From NCBI GenBank assembly GCA_045629845.1, contig JAZQRZ010000212.1, positions 1-62,136 of the forward strand: a stretch of 62,136 nucleotides of DNA, in the 5' to 3' direction. Source of the DNA: Eggerthellaceae bacterium (lineage in GTDB: Bacteria > Actinomycetota > Coriobacteriia > Coriobacteriales > Eggerthellaceae). The translations under genes were made by a program, and so were the position numbers. Shown in pieces: positions 9,410-19,054 of this stretch; the stretch's first letter is position 1; every line of letters begins with the position of its first letter. A model generated the notes under the pieces. That model was not told the origin of the DNA. It worked only from the letters and a program-made list of their open reading frames with translations, and did not search any database.

Positions 9410-10882
9410 CTATTCTTTAAGATGCAGGATGAGGCGACCTTCGCCCGTTGCGTCCTGATGCTGGCTAGCCAGCAGAACCTCCTCGATGATGTCAGTGCAC
9501 GATGTGGCCACCATGCGGGCATGATGGTTTTTCTCGAGCTCTTCAAGAGTCAAATCGAACGAATCCTTTAGATTCGTAAAATGGAAGTGCTGTAGACCTA
9601 CACTGTACACTCGGCTCTCGTCAATGGGCGCACCCTCATAATCGAACCTCGTAAACGAATGCGTAGCCTGATCGTATTCCACCACCAACCCATGCGAAAG
9701 CTGATAAAACTCAGTATGCTCGCCGGCCAGCGCCTCGTCGCGCAACATGCGCATGATTGCATGCTTCAGCTGCGCACCAGTCATGAACACAGCATGCACC
9801 GCATCATCGTATGGGAAGCATTCGTTAAGATTACCTTTCGTGACAATAGGCCCAAGCTGCTCGGTACGAATGCTGCCCGACCCCAATAGAAATACGTCAA
9901 CACCCAACGCGTCGCGCAACACATCGCTGAAAAGATCCCCCAACTCGGTTTCACGAATGCGCGTAGGATGTGTAAGCTCACGCACAAAACGCGTGACAAT
10001 CTGGCCGTACTTCGCGTCAGTGATACCCTTGTAGTTCGTAATAAGCTCCTCGATGGCTGGATCTTTAGGACAATGATCGATATCGATGGACACCGTCTTC
10101 CACGTATACGAGTCGATGCAGTTATGCCACGTGTCCACAACCAAGTCAAAGCGGCCAATCTGGTCGGTGCCCGTACCTGCCTGCACAATGGGAATACCGT
10201 TCACCACGGCTGGTTCGTCAGGTAACGTATGCGAATGACCACCAATGATAATGTCGACACCCCATGCAGGATTAAGCAATTCAGCCAGCTTCTTATCCTC
10301 CTCGAAGCCGATGTGCGTAAGCAACACAGTAAGATCAACGTCGAGCGAATTGTACGTATTGCAGATGCGCCCGATTTCTTCTGCTGCATCTTCGAGCGTG
10401 ACAAATGTTCCGATAAGCCCATCAGTCTTGCACTGCATAAGCGCAACCTCGGTAATGACTCCGATGAACAGCACCTTCAAGCCATCGACCTGAATGATAC
10501 GGAACGGCTCGAACAGGCGCGCATGGTTAGTCGTGATATGAAGGTTCGCATTGATGATAGGAAAATCGGCACACTTTTCTAGGAACAACAGGTGAGCCAC
10601 ACCATAGTCAACCTCATGATTGCCAACAGTGACAATGTCGGGCGCCAAAGCATTCATAATCTGGATGGTCGAGATACCTTGGAACTCCGAATCGATAATC
10701 GAACCGCGAAACATGTCGCCTGCGATGGCGTAGATAACGGCATTCCCATCACGACGAACCTGGTTCACATACCCAGCAAGCATTGAAACGCCACCAACCA
10801 GGCTGGTGTCGACTGTTTCGGCCAGAAAATCGCCATGCAGGTCGTTAGAGTGGAGCAAAGTGAGCTTCTTTTTCATCATCAT
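9410..10882 (-). CDS. bifunctional metallophosphatase / 5'-nucleotidase (UshA/CpdB-like), no signal peptide
   Basis: Calcineurin-like metallophosphoesterase motifs (LLHSNDLHGDF, GDMFRGS, GNHEVDYG, GGHSH) plus a 5'-nucleotidase C-terminal domain. The start is trimmed to the first ATG after the AAAGGTGG RBS. Confidence 0.88.
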   Translation of the reverse strand: MMMKKKLTLLHSNDLHGDFLAETVDTSLVGGVSMLAGYVNQVRRDGNAVIYAIAGDMFRGSIIDSEFQGISTIQIMNALAPDIVTVGNHEVDYGVAHLLFLEKCADFPIINANLHITTNHARLFEPFRIIQVDGLKVLFIGVITEVALMQCKTDGLIGTFVTLEDAAEEIGRICNTYNSLDVDLTVLLTHIGFEEDKKLAELLNPAWGVDIIIGGHSHTLPDEPAVVNGIPIVQAGTGTDQIGRFDLVVDTWHNCIDSYTWKTVSIDIDHCPKDPAIEELITNYKGITDAKYGQIVTRFVRELTHPTRIRETELGDLFSDVLRDALGVDVFLLGSGSIRTEQLGPIVTKGNLNECFPYDDAVHAVFMTGAQLKHAIMRMLRDEALAGEHTEFYQLSHGLVVEYDQATHSFTRFDYEGAPIDESRVYSVGLQHFHFTNLKDSFDLTLEELEKNHHARMVATSCTDIIEEVLLASQHQDATGEGRLILHLKE

Positions 10883-10900
10883 GACCGCCACCTTTTGCGT

Positions 10901-11086
10901 TCAGCTGTTAATACCACCAACCTGCGAACTTATCCGCGCACCTATTCCAAGGAATATCTTAATGACAGTGAGCAAGATGGTCGGGTTCGTAAACAAATTG
11001 AACTCGTACACCCAGTGATAAACGCCGTCCTCATCAACGACGATAGAACTACCTTGTGGTGGAGCGGGCTTTGCAGATGTGTTCAT
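10901..11086 (-). CDS. small hypothetical protein (61 aa), hydrophobic C-terminus
   Basis: ATG at 11086 preceded by AAAGGGGTG. An extended -10 (TGgTATACT) lies upstream. I recognise no family, and it may be a truncated gene. Confidence 0.35.
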   Translation of the reverse strand: MNTSAKPAPPQGSSIVVDEDGVYHWVYEFNLFTNPTILLTVIKIFLGIGARISSQVGGINS

Positions 11087-11276
11087 ACAGCACACCCCTT
11101 TTGCTCGGGGCGCTTGCCTCAGGAAACGCCCACTAGTCAATTAATGAGCAACACACTTGTAGTATACCAGCGAACAGCAGCACCAAGCCTCCCTTGAGGC
11201 ACATTTTCCTGTTTCGTAAAGCTACTCTGCAAGCTGTCCGATTACTGCCGTGAAAAGGCACTTTGAGCGCTTTGTC

Positions 11277-11591
11277 TTATTCGCTATCGTACGTCGTTAC
11301 TTGCTTGATGAAAGTACCTTTGTGTATTTCATCAATCGCCTGAATAATCTCATCGGAAGTGTTCATGACAATCGGTCCATACCATTCAACTGGCTCATTC
11401 AGCTTGTTCGAACACATGAACAGAATCTCGATTGGTTCGTCACCCGCTTCAATGGTAACAACATCGCCGTCGCCTAGCTTCGCCGCCGTTTTTGCGGAAA
11501 CAGCCGTTCCGCTGACCGTAGCAGCCCCATGCAGGAAACACTCGCACCAGCGGTCGGGTTCTTCGCGCTGACACGACCGAAACTTATTCAA
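11277..11591 (-). CDS. pirin C-terminal cupin-like fragment (stand-alone, possibly a gene remnant)
   Basis: The C-terminus (NEPVEWYGPIVMNTSDEIIQAIDEIHKGTF) matches the conserved pirin C-terminal motif (EP..hGPFVMNT.EEI.QA..D...G.F). TTG start. No pirin N-terminal cupin is found upstream in any frame. Confidence 0.5.
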   Translation of the reverse strand: MNKFRSCQREEPDRWCECFLHGAATVSGTAVSAKTAAKLGDGDVVTIEAGDEPIEILFMCSNKLNEPVEWYGPIVMNTSDEIIQAIDEIHKGTFIKQVTTYDSE

Positions 11592-11637
11592 AGCCAGCGT
11601 GACTTCATCTCTTCTGCGATTTCAAGCAAATCGAGAA

Positions 11638-11892
11638 TCATAGAGGAAACTCCTCTTCCACAACAGCAAGAGCAACATACGTATCGCACGGCGGGTAATC
11701 ATCAGAGCACGTGCTGCACACGAGCAAGCGGTCGCGCGCGGAGGGACGAATGCTGGCAGGAACAATGTTTTCGGAGAAGATGCGCTCGAGCCATGACTCG
11801 AAGTCCGCATCATCAACGAAACGGATACGCTCTGGCCACGGGTCGCTTGCCTGGTAGTTCACACCCGCGAACCAGCGCGCAATGTAGCGCAC
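11638..11892 (-). CDS. hypothetical protein (84 aa)
   Basis: GTG-initiated ORF directly upstream of the pirin-like fragment. I recognise no motif. Confidence 0.3.
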   Translation of the reverse strand: MRYIARWFAGVNYQASDPWPERIRFVDDADFESWLERIFSENIVPASIRPSARDRLLVCSTCSDDYPPCDTYVALAVVEEEFPL

Positions 11893-12011
11893 GCCTTCGT
11901 GAATAAGCTCTACATGACAACGTTCAAGCTATATCTGCATTGTAAGTATAAAAGGCCTTTAACGAGGCACGCCGATGCTTTGATATGGGGCGGTTACTTG
12001 CCTCTTGAATA

Positions 12012-12040
12012 CAAAAAAGGCCCGACGAATCGGGCCTTTT
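12012..12040 (-). terminator. intrinsic terminator downstream of rpmE
   Basis: GGCCCGA-TTCG-TCGGGCC stem-loop followed by a U6 run on the minus strand. T-rich on both sides, so it may act bidirectionally. Confidence 0.8.
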
Positions 12041-12059
12041 CGTAAACTGTTGCGATTGC

Positions 12060-12530
12060 TTATTCAGCAGCAGCTTCTTCAGCAGCAACCTCTGCGGCAG
12101 CAGCTTCAACAGCCTCGGCAACTTCTTCAGCTTCAGCAGCAGCTTCAGCCTTAGCAGCAGCGGCAGCTTCGCGTTCGGCTTCAACAGCAGCCTTCTTTGC
12201 AAACTCTTCAGCGCGCTTAGCCTTTTCAGCAGCCTTAGCTTCACGTTCTGCCTTGCGCTTTTCTTCAGCAGCAGCAACTTCAGCAGCACGCTTAGCCTTA
12301 CGAGCAGCTTCGCGCTCGGCAACAAGCTTATCGGCAGCGCCGAACTTGTCGCTGAAGCGCTGTACGCGTCCGCCCGTGTCAACAAACTTCTGCTGACCAG
12401 TGTAGAACGGGTGGCAAGCGCTACAGATTTCGATGCGAATCTCGGGCTTGGTGGAACGCGTCTGGAACGTGTTACCACAGCTGCACACTACGGTGCAATC
12501 CACATAGTCGGGATGAATACCAGGTTTCAT
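12060..12530 (-). CDS. rpmE: 50S ribosomal protein bL31 (Zn-binding type A) with a long Ala/Glu/Lys-rich C-terminal extension
   Basis: [26 protein letters not shown]...[30 protein letters not shown] is a canonical bL31 core with CxC...CxxC. The start is trimmed to the ATG at 12530 after GGAGAA. The core is followed by about 90 aa of [27 protein letters not shown]... Confidence 0.9.
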   Translation of the reverse strand: MKPGIHPDYVDCTVVCSCGNTFQTRSTKPEIRIEICSACHPFYTGQQKFVDTGGRVQRFSDKFGAADKLVAEREAARKAKRAAEVAAAEEKRKAEREAKAAEKAKRAEEFAKKAAVEAEREAAAAAKAEAAAEAEEVAEAVEAAAAEVAAEEAAAE

Positions 12531-12666
12531 TTCAGGTTCTCCTTTTCCGCCCTGGTTTCCGACCAGGGCCAAGACAAGCCTTTGCATGATAGCACAGCGT
12601 TTAACAGGCTTAAATAGTTTCTTTATTCCTTCACATCAGAAAGCAATGAAATGAAAACTGGCTAAG

Positions 12667-13986
12667 CTATACAAACCAACCAATCGAGTTAAACACAACC
12701 ATATAAACAGTAGCCACAACGACGGTAACTATCATGATAGGAAACCCGACCTTTGTAAAACTCATAAACGAAATCGGATAGCCTTCACGATTAGCTATTG
12801 ATGACAACACAACGTTCGCCGATGCGCCGACCAATGTTCCGTTGCCACCCAAACATGCACCGAGCGATAGCGCCCACCACAACGGCGCAACATCTATCCC
12901 CTGAGCCTGCATAACAGCAATGATAGGAATCATAGTTGCAACAAAGGGAATGTTATCAAGAATGGCAGACAAAATCGCTGAACCCCAAAGAAGCACGATG
13001 ATAAGCAGAACAGTATTGCCACCTGTAACATCAACCATCCAAGTGCCAATCATTTCGATAACACCTGTATGCACCATTCCACCGACAACCATAAATAAGC
13101 CTAAGAAGAAGCCTATGGTTGTCCATTCGACATCATGTACTACTTCTTCAAGATTAGCTCGTGATATGAGCAAAATAACCGCCGCAGCAGCTAGTGCTAT
13201 GACACCCGATTCCAAGTTAAGTGCACCGTGTGCCATGAAAGCAACAACCACAATGCAGATCATAATTACGCTAAGCCTAAAGAGGAAATGGTCTTGGATA
13301 GCCTCTTTCTCATCAAGCTCCATGACATTTTTCATGTCAACAGGATTGACGCACAAATTGCGCCCATACATATATTTGAAGACAACGATAATCACAAGCA
13401 TTATGACAACAACGCACGGCGCATCGTACTTGATAAAGTCAAAAAACGTAAGACCAGCCTGAGAACCAATCATGATGTTGGGAGGGTCACCTATCAGTGT
13501 GGCAGTACCACCTACATTTGAAGAAAGGATTTCGGCAACAAGATACGGAGTTGCATCAAGCTTTAATGTACGACACAGCATGATGGTCATAGGACCCATA
13601 AGAAGAATGGTCGTAACGTTATCAAGAAATGCCGAAAATACAGCGGTGATAATGCAAAACGCCACCATTATCTTCCATGGGTCACCCTTGCAAATCTTTG
13701 CTGATTTGATCGCTACATACTCGAACATGCCAGATAACTTAACTACTGCCACGAACATCATCATGCCACACAGTACGGCAAGAGTATTAAAGTCAATTTC
13801 TTCCATCCCCTCTTCCCAAGTAAGGATGGTAATGGGATCACCGAATACTGGCGATACAGCTGTAATGATAAGAATGGTTACAGCACCAGCAAGAGCGGCA
13901 ACGGCTCGGTGAATCTTCTCGGAAACCACCAAGGCCATGACCGCAACGAACACCACAATAGATACGATTTGCGCAGCGGTAAACAA
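12667..13986 (-). CDS. ArsB/NhaD-superfamily anion permease (YbiR / P-permease-like)
   Basis: 439-aa polytopic protein with the GGTATLIGDPPNIMIG motif. TTG start 5 nt after GAGGAG. Confidence 0.8.
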   Translation of the reverse strand: MFTAAQIVSIVVFVAVMALVVSEKIHRAVAALAGAVTILIITAVSPVFGDPITILTWEEGMEEIDFNTLAVLCGMMMFVAVVKLSGMFEYVAIKSAKICKGDPWKIMVAFCIITAVFSAFLDNVTTILLMGPMTIMLCRTLKLDATPYLVAEILSSNVGGTATLIGDPPNIMIGSQAGLTFFDFIKYDAPCVVVIMLVIIVVFKYMYGRNLCVNPVDMKNVMELDEKEAIQDHFLFRLSVIMICIVVVAFMAHGALNLESGVIALAAAAVILLISRANLEEVVHDVEWTTIGFFLGLFMVVGGMVHTGVIEMIGTWMVDVTGGNTVLLIIVLLWGSAILSAILDNIPFVATMIPIIAVMQAQGIDVAPLWWALSLGACLGGNGTLVGASANVVLSSIANREGYPISFMSFTKVGFPIMIVTVVVATVYMVVFNSIGWFV

Positions 13987-14036
13987 TGAAACTCCTCACA
14001 CACAATTACTTGTAAAGCTGAAGCTACGAGGAGCCA

Positions 14037-14207
14037 TTACTTCTTTTCAGTCTCCCGATATCCTTCAATGCGCTTTTCATAGCGATGAAACACTTCATCG
14101 CGACGTTGCTCATAAGACTTCCCGCGATTTTGGCGCGCCTGCTTTGACGCCTTAACTGCAACAAAAATGACAAATGCTGTTATTAGAACGCCGAATACTA
14201 TTTCCAT
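14037..14207 (-). CDS. small membrane protein (56 aa), below the ORF-track cutoff
   Basis: My own translation reads MEIVFGVLITAFVIFVAVKASKQARQNRGKSYEQRRDEVFHRYEKRIEGYRETEKK. It has one TM segment and a basic tail. It lies between the two permease genes, and its RBS is weak. Confidence 0.35.
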   Translation of the reverse strand: MEIVFGVLITAFVIFVAVKASKQARQNRGKSYEQRRDEVFHRYEKRIEGYRETEKK

Positions 14208-14233
14208 ACGCCATCGTTTCCAATCGCATAATG

Positions 14234-14268
14234 ATAATCACCGAGCAGATAGCCTGCCCGGTGATTAT
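14234..14268 (-). terminator. hairpin / candidate weak terminator after the DASS permease gene
   Basis: 10-bp stem ATAATCACCG...CGGTGATTAT followed by a U/A-rich tract (UAUCAUUAU). Confidence 0.4.
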
Positions 14269-14329
14269 CAAACCTCAGTACACAGTGACCAACAGAGCTT
14301 TGAACTTTACCCAACGAAGGAGAGTTCAA

Positions 14330-15826
14330 CTAAACAAAAATACCTGTGATAATCGGGCCGAGCACAATTACAACAATCCAAAGGATGACCGTTGGCGGCC
14401 AAGCCTTCTTCAACCAATCAGCCATGCTGATCCAACCATATTTGTAAGAACACAGCATGATGGCATCAAACGGCAGGAACGAAGTAACAGCGCCAATAGA
14501 ACCACCAATAGCAGCAATCAAAGTACCATTAAGCTCGGGAACTACGGCAGCCAGACCAAACATAACAGGCAGTGCCACGGATACGGTCGGCGGGCCAATC
14601 GGAATGAGAATGTGCAGAATACCCGTAACGATAACTGCAACAATCACTACTACGATAAATGGCCATGCTGCAGCACCGCCAAAAATCAGACCGACAGCCC
14701 AACCAACGATACCAGTCTGCATCATGCCAGTAACGAGGCACTGCACGCCAATGATAAGCATGATGATGTCCCACGAGACAGAAGCATCGAAGTCTTCCTT
14801 AGTCAACAAGCTAATACCAGGAATGAAGGCAACGCAAGCACCGATGAAGCAAACGAGCATCGAGTTGATCTGCGGAACCCACGTGGAAGCCAGACAGATG
14901 CCAAACACGATAACAAACCAGACAATAATCTTGATTTCGCGCGAGCTCATCTTGCCATAGTCAGCCAACTTGTCCTTAACAACCTCAAGAGCTTCGGGCT
15001 TAATCTCTTCGCACTTGAACGCCTTAGCAACATAAAGACTCGCCAATACAGACGTGACAAGCGCAATCGGGATCATCGTGATGCACCATTGGCCAAACGA
15101 CACCGTAACACCCAAAGCAGACTCAACCATGCTCATGCAAAGCATGTTCAGAGAGTTACCAACAGGAGTGCCAATACCGCCGATAGCAGCTGTCGTGCCG
15201 CACAATACAGTAAATGCTTTGCCTAATTCAGATACCTTTGCCTTGCCGCCATTGGCTTCGCAAATAGAAATACCGATGCCACAGAAAATTGCAGATGCAG
15301 CAAGGTCGGAAATAAACATAGACAGAATTGAACATGCCAGACCAAACATTACAAACAGCTTAGTAATGTTGTTTCCAGCAAAGTTCAAAGCGGCCTTAGC
15401 TACGCGATACGGAATCGGCGTACTCATAACTGCGCCAGAAACCGTAAAGACGAACAAGCAGTAAACAGGAACCAACAAGCTTGACGCATTAAACACACTC
15501 GGAAGAGCAGCCCCGTTATAACTGAGCGCAGGATCCGTAATAGCGTTATACGGAAGAACCCCTGTTATCGGCAGCAGGAAGTAAATTAATACGACAGTAA
15601 TCGTAAAAGGTACGCCTTCTGTACACCACAACACGATGCAGCTAAACAGAATGCCTGCTGCCGACATTGCCTGATGAGGAAGCCCGTCAGGCGTTGGAAG
15701 TACAAATTGGAACAACAAGAAAATCACAGCAGCAGCAATGATGCCGATAAGGCGACTGCGCTGAGTTTTTGAATCTGGAAACGGTGTGCCAAACGTGTGT
15801 TTGGCAACAACATCCTCAGTACCCAT
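14330..15826 (-). CDS. SLC13/DASS-like di/tricarboxylate or anion:sodium symporter
   Basis: 498-aa polytopic protein with a GTPVGNSLN-type re-entrant loop motif. ATG start after the GGGAGGGGTGGG RBS. Confidence 0.75.
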   Translation of the reverse strand: MGTEDVVAKHTFGTPFPDSKTQRSRLIGIIAAAVIFLLFQFVLPTPDGLPHQAMSAAGILFSCIVLWCTEGVPFTITVVLIYFLLPITGVLPYNAITDPALSYNGAALPSVFNASSLLVPVYCLFVFTVSGAVMSTPIPYRVAKAALNFAGNNITKLFVMFGLACSILSMFISDLAASAIFCGIGISICEANGGKAKVSELGKAFTVLCGTTAAIGGIGTPVGNSLNMLCMSMVESALGVTVSFGQWCITMIPIALVTSVLASLYVAKAFKCEEIKPEALEVVKDKLADYGKMSSREIKIIVWFVIVFGICLASTWVPQINSMLVCFIGACVAFIPGISLLTKEDFDASVSWDIIMLIIGVQCLVTGMMQTGIVGWAVGLIFGGAAAWPFIVVVIVAVIVTGILHILIPIGPPTVSVALPVMFGLAAVVPELNGTLIAAIGGSIGAVTSFLPFDAIMLCSYKYGWISMADWLKKAWPPTVILWIVVIVLGPIITGIFV

Positions 15827-16138
15827 GAACCCACCCCTCCCTAGGTTGAATCGGGTATTTCGATAAACGAGTATTCCTTTACAAGAAACTTGTTAAGCTA
15901 GAATCCAACTTCCAATCAATACAGAGTAGCCAGCATAATCAGTCAACGATTAGCTCTCTTGGTTCCCTTATGCACAAACTAAAACTTATCCGGTTGACCT
16001 CATATGCGGCCGCACAAACAGCTCTTCGTCAGTAGCGATATAATCAGTATGGGTGTGGTACTGGTGGCCTTTATGCCCGAGACCACCAGTACCTGCTAGT
16101 CATATCTATAAACAATATGACTTATTCCTGAAGGAATC

Positions 16139-16471
16139 TTAAGGAACGAAGATGGCTCCCTTACTACCCTTCTCAACCATCTTCTCGGCCAACTCTTCAA
16201 TCTCGCCGTAATACAGAACCTTAGCCTGACAGTGTTGAACACACGCCGGGATTCCACCAGCCTCGACGCGCTTTTCACACAGGTCGCAAAGCTCCGTTGG
16301 GTAGGCTATATAATCCCAGTGCCATGAACCATCGGGATTCTGGCGAGGCTTATCCTCAAGAACCTTCATACCAAAATCGGTAAGACCAAGCCCTCTCTCG
16401 TTGCGACAAGCAATTTCGCAGCTGTGACAACCAGAGCAGTACTCGAAGTCGATATACAGACCTTTTGCCAT
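16139..16471 (-). CDS. small 2x[4Fe-4S] ferredoxin-like electron-transfer subunit of the adjacent molybdopterin oxidoreductase
   Basis: 110 aa with CSGCHSCEIAC (CxxCxxCxxxC) plus CDLC...CVQHC, giving 8 Cys. Starts 39 nt downstream of the large subunit. Confidence 0.85.
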   Translation of the reverse strand: MAKGLYIDFEYCSGCHSCEIACRNERGLGLTDFGMKVLEDKPRQNPDGSWHWDYIAYPTELCDLCEKRVEAGGIPACVQHCQAKVLYYGEIEELAEKMVEKGSKGAIFVP

Positions 16472-16510
16472 TATTCTTACCCCCTTCTCTATCCTAGGAA
16501 TCAGCAGTCA

Positions 16511-19054
16511 TTAAGAAACGATGTTGTCGATTTCCGGCGTCTTCTCGAAACTGAGAATCTCGTCTTCTGGAATTGCATCAGTAATCGGAGCGTCGGACGG
16601 GCGCCAGGTGTACTGATAACCAAACTCATCCTGGCGGCTCTTCTCAAGAACGATGCCCGTATCTGCCGGATAGTTCACATCGTCGTTGTCATAGACCTTC
16701 TTAATGTTGCAGATCATGGACTTGAAGGTGTTGCCGAAACCAGACTTAGCATTAACACTCGTCGGCATCAGCATGTTAATGTTCGACTTAAAGGCGCCCA
16801 TCAGGTTTGGCTCAGAAGCATCCTGCTCGGGATACCAGAAGGCATGCATTGCATGAACCATACCTTCCTTGATGGTCGGAGTAATCTTCGCCTTCTGACG
16901 AGCCTTGCCATACGGCGACCAAATCTCGACCCAGTCACCCTGCTCGATACCAAGACGCTCAGCATCAGCGGGGTTGATATCAATCTCAGGGTATGGGCTA
17001 ATTTGACGCAACGACGGAACTTGCTTGTGCTCAGAATGGAAGAACTCTTGACGACGAGCACCTGTAGTAAGGACAAACGGATACTCTTTTTCCATCATTT
17101 CAGGCATGCTGACCGGACCAAACGCAGGGTCCTCGAAGTACGGCAACGCATCTTCATCGAAGTTAGCGTATGCATACGAGTACAGCTCGAGACGACCAGT
17201 TTGTGTTGGGAAGCCAGGCTGTCCATCGGGACGAAGACGTCCAGTCTTGTACTTGTAGTACTCTTCGTCAGACATCGTAACAACGTTGTCACGCAAAGTT
17301 TCCCACGGCAGCCACGAACGGAATACGTGGAAGTTGTTGTAATCCTCGTCGGTTTCAAAACGATTCCAGAATTCGGGATACGTCTTCTTGCCAACCAAGC
17401 GCATGATTTCGATATCCGACTTGCATTCGCCGACCTGGATGCACTTGTTCTCGGCACCATAGAAGGAGCTATTAAGACCGTAGTGCGTGACTACCTGACC
17501 ATCATGCTCAATGGTTGAAGATACCGGCAGGAACACATCGCAGCATGCCATGATTACCGGATTCATGAACAGGTCGCAGGCAAAGTTGAAGTCGAGCTCA
17601 CGCAATGCCTTCCACCAGCGCTGAGGCTCGCCACCGATACAGGAAATAGGATTCGAAGAAACAAACTGAGCCATATGAATCTTGTACGGCTTACCAGTTT
17701 CAAGCGTCTTCAGCATTTCGTCAGGGTGACACGTCCACATAACAGAGCCAACGCAAGGATACTTGTCAACGCCAATACGCTTGGTAAACCACGTATCGGG
17801 CGACATAATGCCATGCTTAAGAGCCAGCTCGAGCGTCGAGTCGGTAGCATCGTCAACCTTTTCGTCTGCCGAGATGGATCCACCATCACGAACAACATTG
17901 CCCTGGTCATCGCCCATACCAAGCGTTGTGCCACCAGGAGCATCCAAGAAGCCCGTGATACTCATAAGAGCAACCAGACACATGCCAAGTTGAGCACCAT
18001 TGGTAGATTCGTCAGTGGCAAGACCCCAAGCAACACTTGACGGCTTTGCATTACCAAACAAACGTGCAGCACGCCAAATCTGCTCTTCTTCGATACCGCA
18101 GATTTCTGCAGCACGGGAAGGCGGCATGTCCTGAACACGCTCAATAAGCTCGTCATAGCCATAAGTCCAGCAATCAATGAACTCATGGTCAACCAAGTCG
18201 TCGTGAGCAAGGACGTAGATAAATGCCATAGCCAAAGCAGTGTCGGTACCAGGACGTACCTGCAACACTTCCTCAGCACGCGAACCAAGCCAGGTCACGC
18301 GAGGGTCGACGCAGATAATCTTGGTGCCAAAACGACGCATCATTTCAATGATGGCATGACCATACAAGCCGTCAGGATTCGAACGCAGCGGCTCCTTACC
18401 CCAAATAAGAATAACCTCAGGAGGCTCAAAGCGCGGATCGTCATAGCGCAGCGGGAACTTAGCAGCATAGTCAATCTCGGGATAGCCGCCGCCCATCATG
18501 AAGGCGGTGTTGGTCATACGAGGACCATAGCAGGACCAACCAGGCTGAGCATAGACCGAATTCGGGGTGCCGAATACCAGGTTTGCCCACTGTGGATACC
18601 AGTTATTAGCCTCACGACCGGTGCCACCAAAAACAATAATGGTTTCAGGGCCATACTTCTCGGTAATCTCGTTAGCTGCATTAGCAACAAGATCAATTGC
18701 CTCGTCCCATGAGCACTGCTCCCATTTGTCTTCGCCACGATCTGCCTTGGCACGCTTCATGGGGTGAATAATACGATCAGGATGATAGATATACTCTTTC
18801 AGCGCCAAACAACGCGGACACAGAGAGCCACGCGTAATGGGATGTTCGGGGTCGCCTTCAATCTTGGAAACAACACCATCCTTTACATGAACACGGAGGC
18901 CGCAACCTACCGGATGGCATCCCGGCGGTGACCACGCACATGTCCTGAAGATGGTTTCGTCGCCATCCTGGGTTTTCCACTCGGTTGTATTAACTGGCCC
19001 AGATTTTGGCGTGGCAGCCAGCACATCACTGGCAACCTTGTTCATATCAATCAT
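16511..19054 (-). CDS. molybdopterin (bis-MGD, DMSO-reductase superfamily) oxidoreductase catalytic subunit, cytoplasmic type
   Basis: About 847 aa. N-terminal FeS Cys cluster (CAWSPPGCHPVGC...GSLCPRC), molybdopterin-oxidoreductase core and C-terminal MGD-binding barrel. No twin-arginine motif. The start is trimmed to the ATG at 19054 after GAGAGGAGAGGG. Confidence 0.9.
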   Translation of the reverse strand: MIDMNKVASDVLAATPKSGPVNTTEWKTQDGDETIFRTCAWSPPGCHPVGCGLRVHVKDGVVSKIEGDPEHPITRGSLCPRCLALKEYIYHPDRIIHPMKRAKADRGEDKWEQCSWDEAIDLVANAANEITEKYGPETIIVFGGTGREANNWYPQWANLVFGTPNSVYAQPGWSCYGPRMTNTAFMMGGGYPEIDYAAKFPLRYDDPRFEPPEVILIWGKEPLRSNPDGLYGHAIIEMMRRFGTKIICVDPRVTWLGSRAEEVLQVRPGTDTALAMAFIYVLAHDDLVDHEFIDCWTYGYDELIERVQDMPPSRAAEICGIEEEQIWRAARLFGNAKPSSVAWGLATDESTNGAQLGMCLVALMSITGFLDAPGGTTLGMGDDQGNVVRDGGSISADEKVDDATDSTLELALKHGIMSPDTWFTKRIGVDKYPCVGSVMWTCHPDEMLKTLETGKPYKIHMAQFVSSNPISCIGGEPQRWWKALRELDFNFACDLFMNPVIMACCDVFLPVSSTIEHDGQVVTHYGLNSSFYGAENKCIQVGECKSDIEIMRLVGKKTYPEFWNRFETDEDYNNFHVFRSWLPWETLRDNVVTMSDEEYYKYKTGRLRPDGQPGFPTQTGRLELYSYAYANFDEDALPYFEDPAFGPVSMPEMMEKEYPFVLTTGARRQEFFHSEHKQVPSLRQISPYPEIDINPADAERLGIEQGDWVEIWSPYGKARQKAKITPTIKEGMVHAMHAFWYPEQDASEPNLMGAFKSNINMLMPTSVNAKSGFGNTFKSMICNIKKVYDNDDVNYPADTGIVLEKSRQDEFGYQYTWRPSDAPITDAIPEDEILSFEKTPEIDNIVS

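Noticed and set aside
12531-12587. 19-aa N-terminal extension of bL31
   Set aside because: The extension contains the GGAGAA RBS. bL31 proteins begin MK.GIHP.
14174-15226. 350-aa plus-strand ORF
   Set aside because: It is fully antisense to the DASS permease gene. Its N/R/H/D-rich composition has no recognisable motif, so it is a shadow of the hydrophobic minus-strand frame.
16424-17518. 364-aa plus-strand ORF
   Set aside because: It is antisense to the molybdopterin oxidoreductase and ferredoxin genes and has no motifs.
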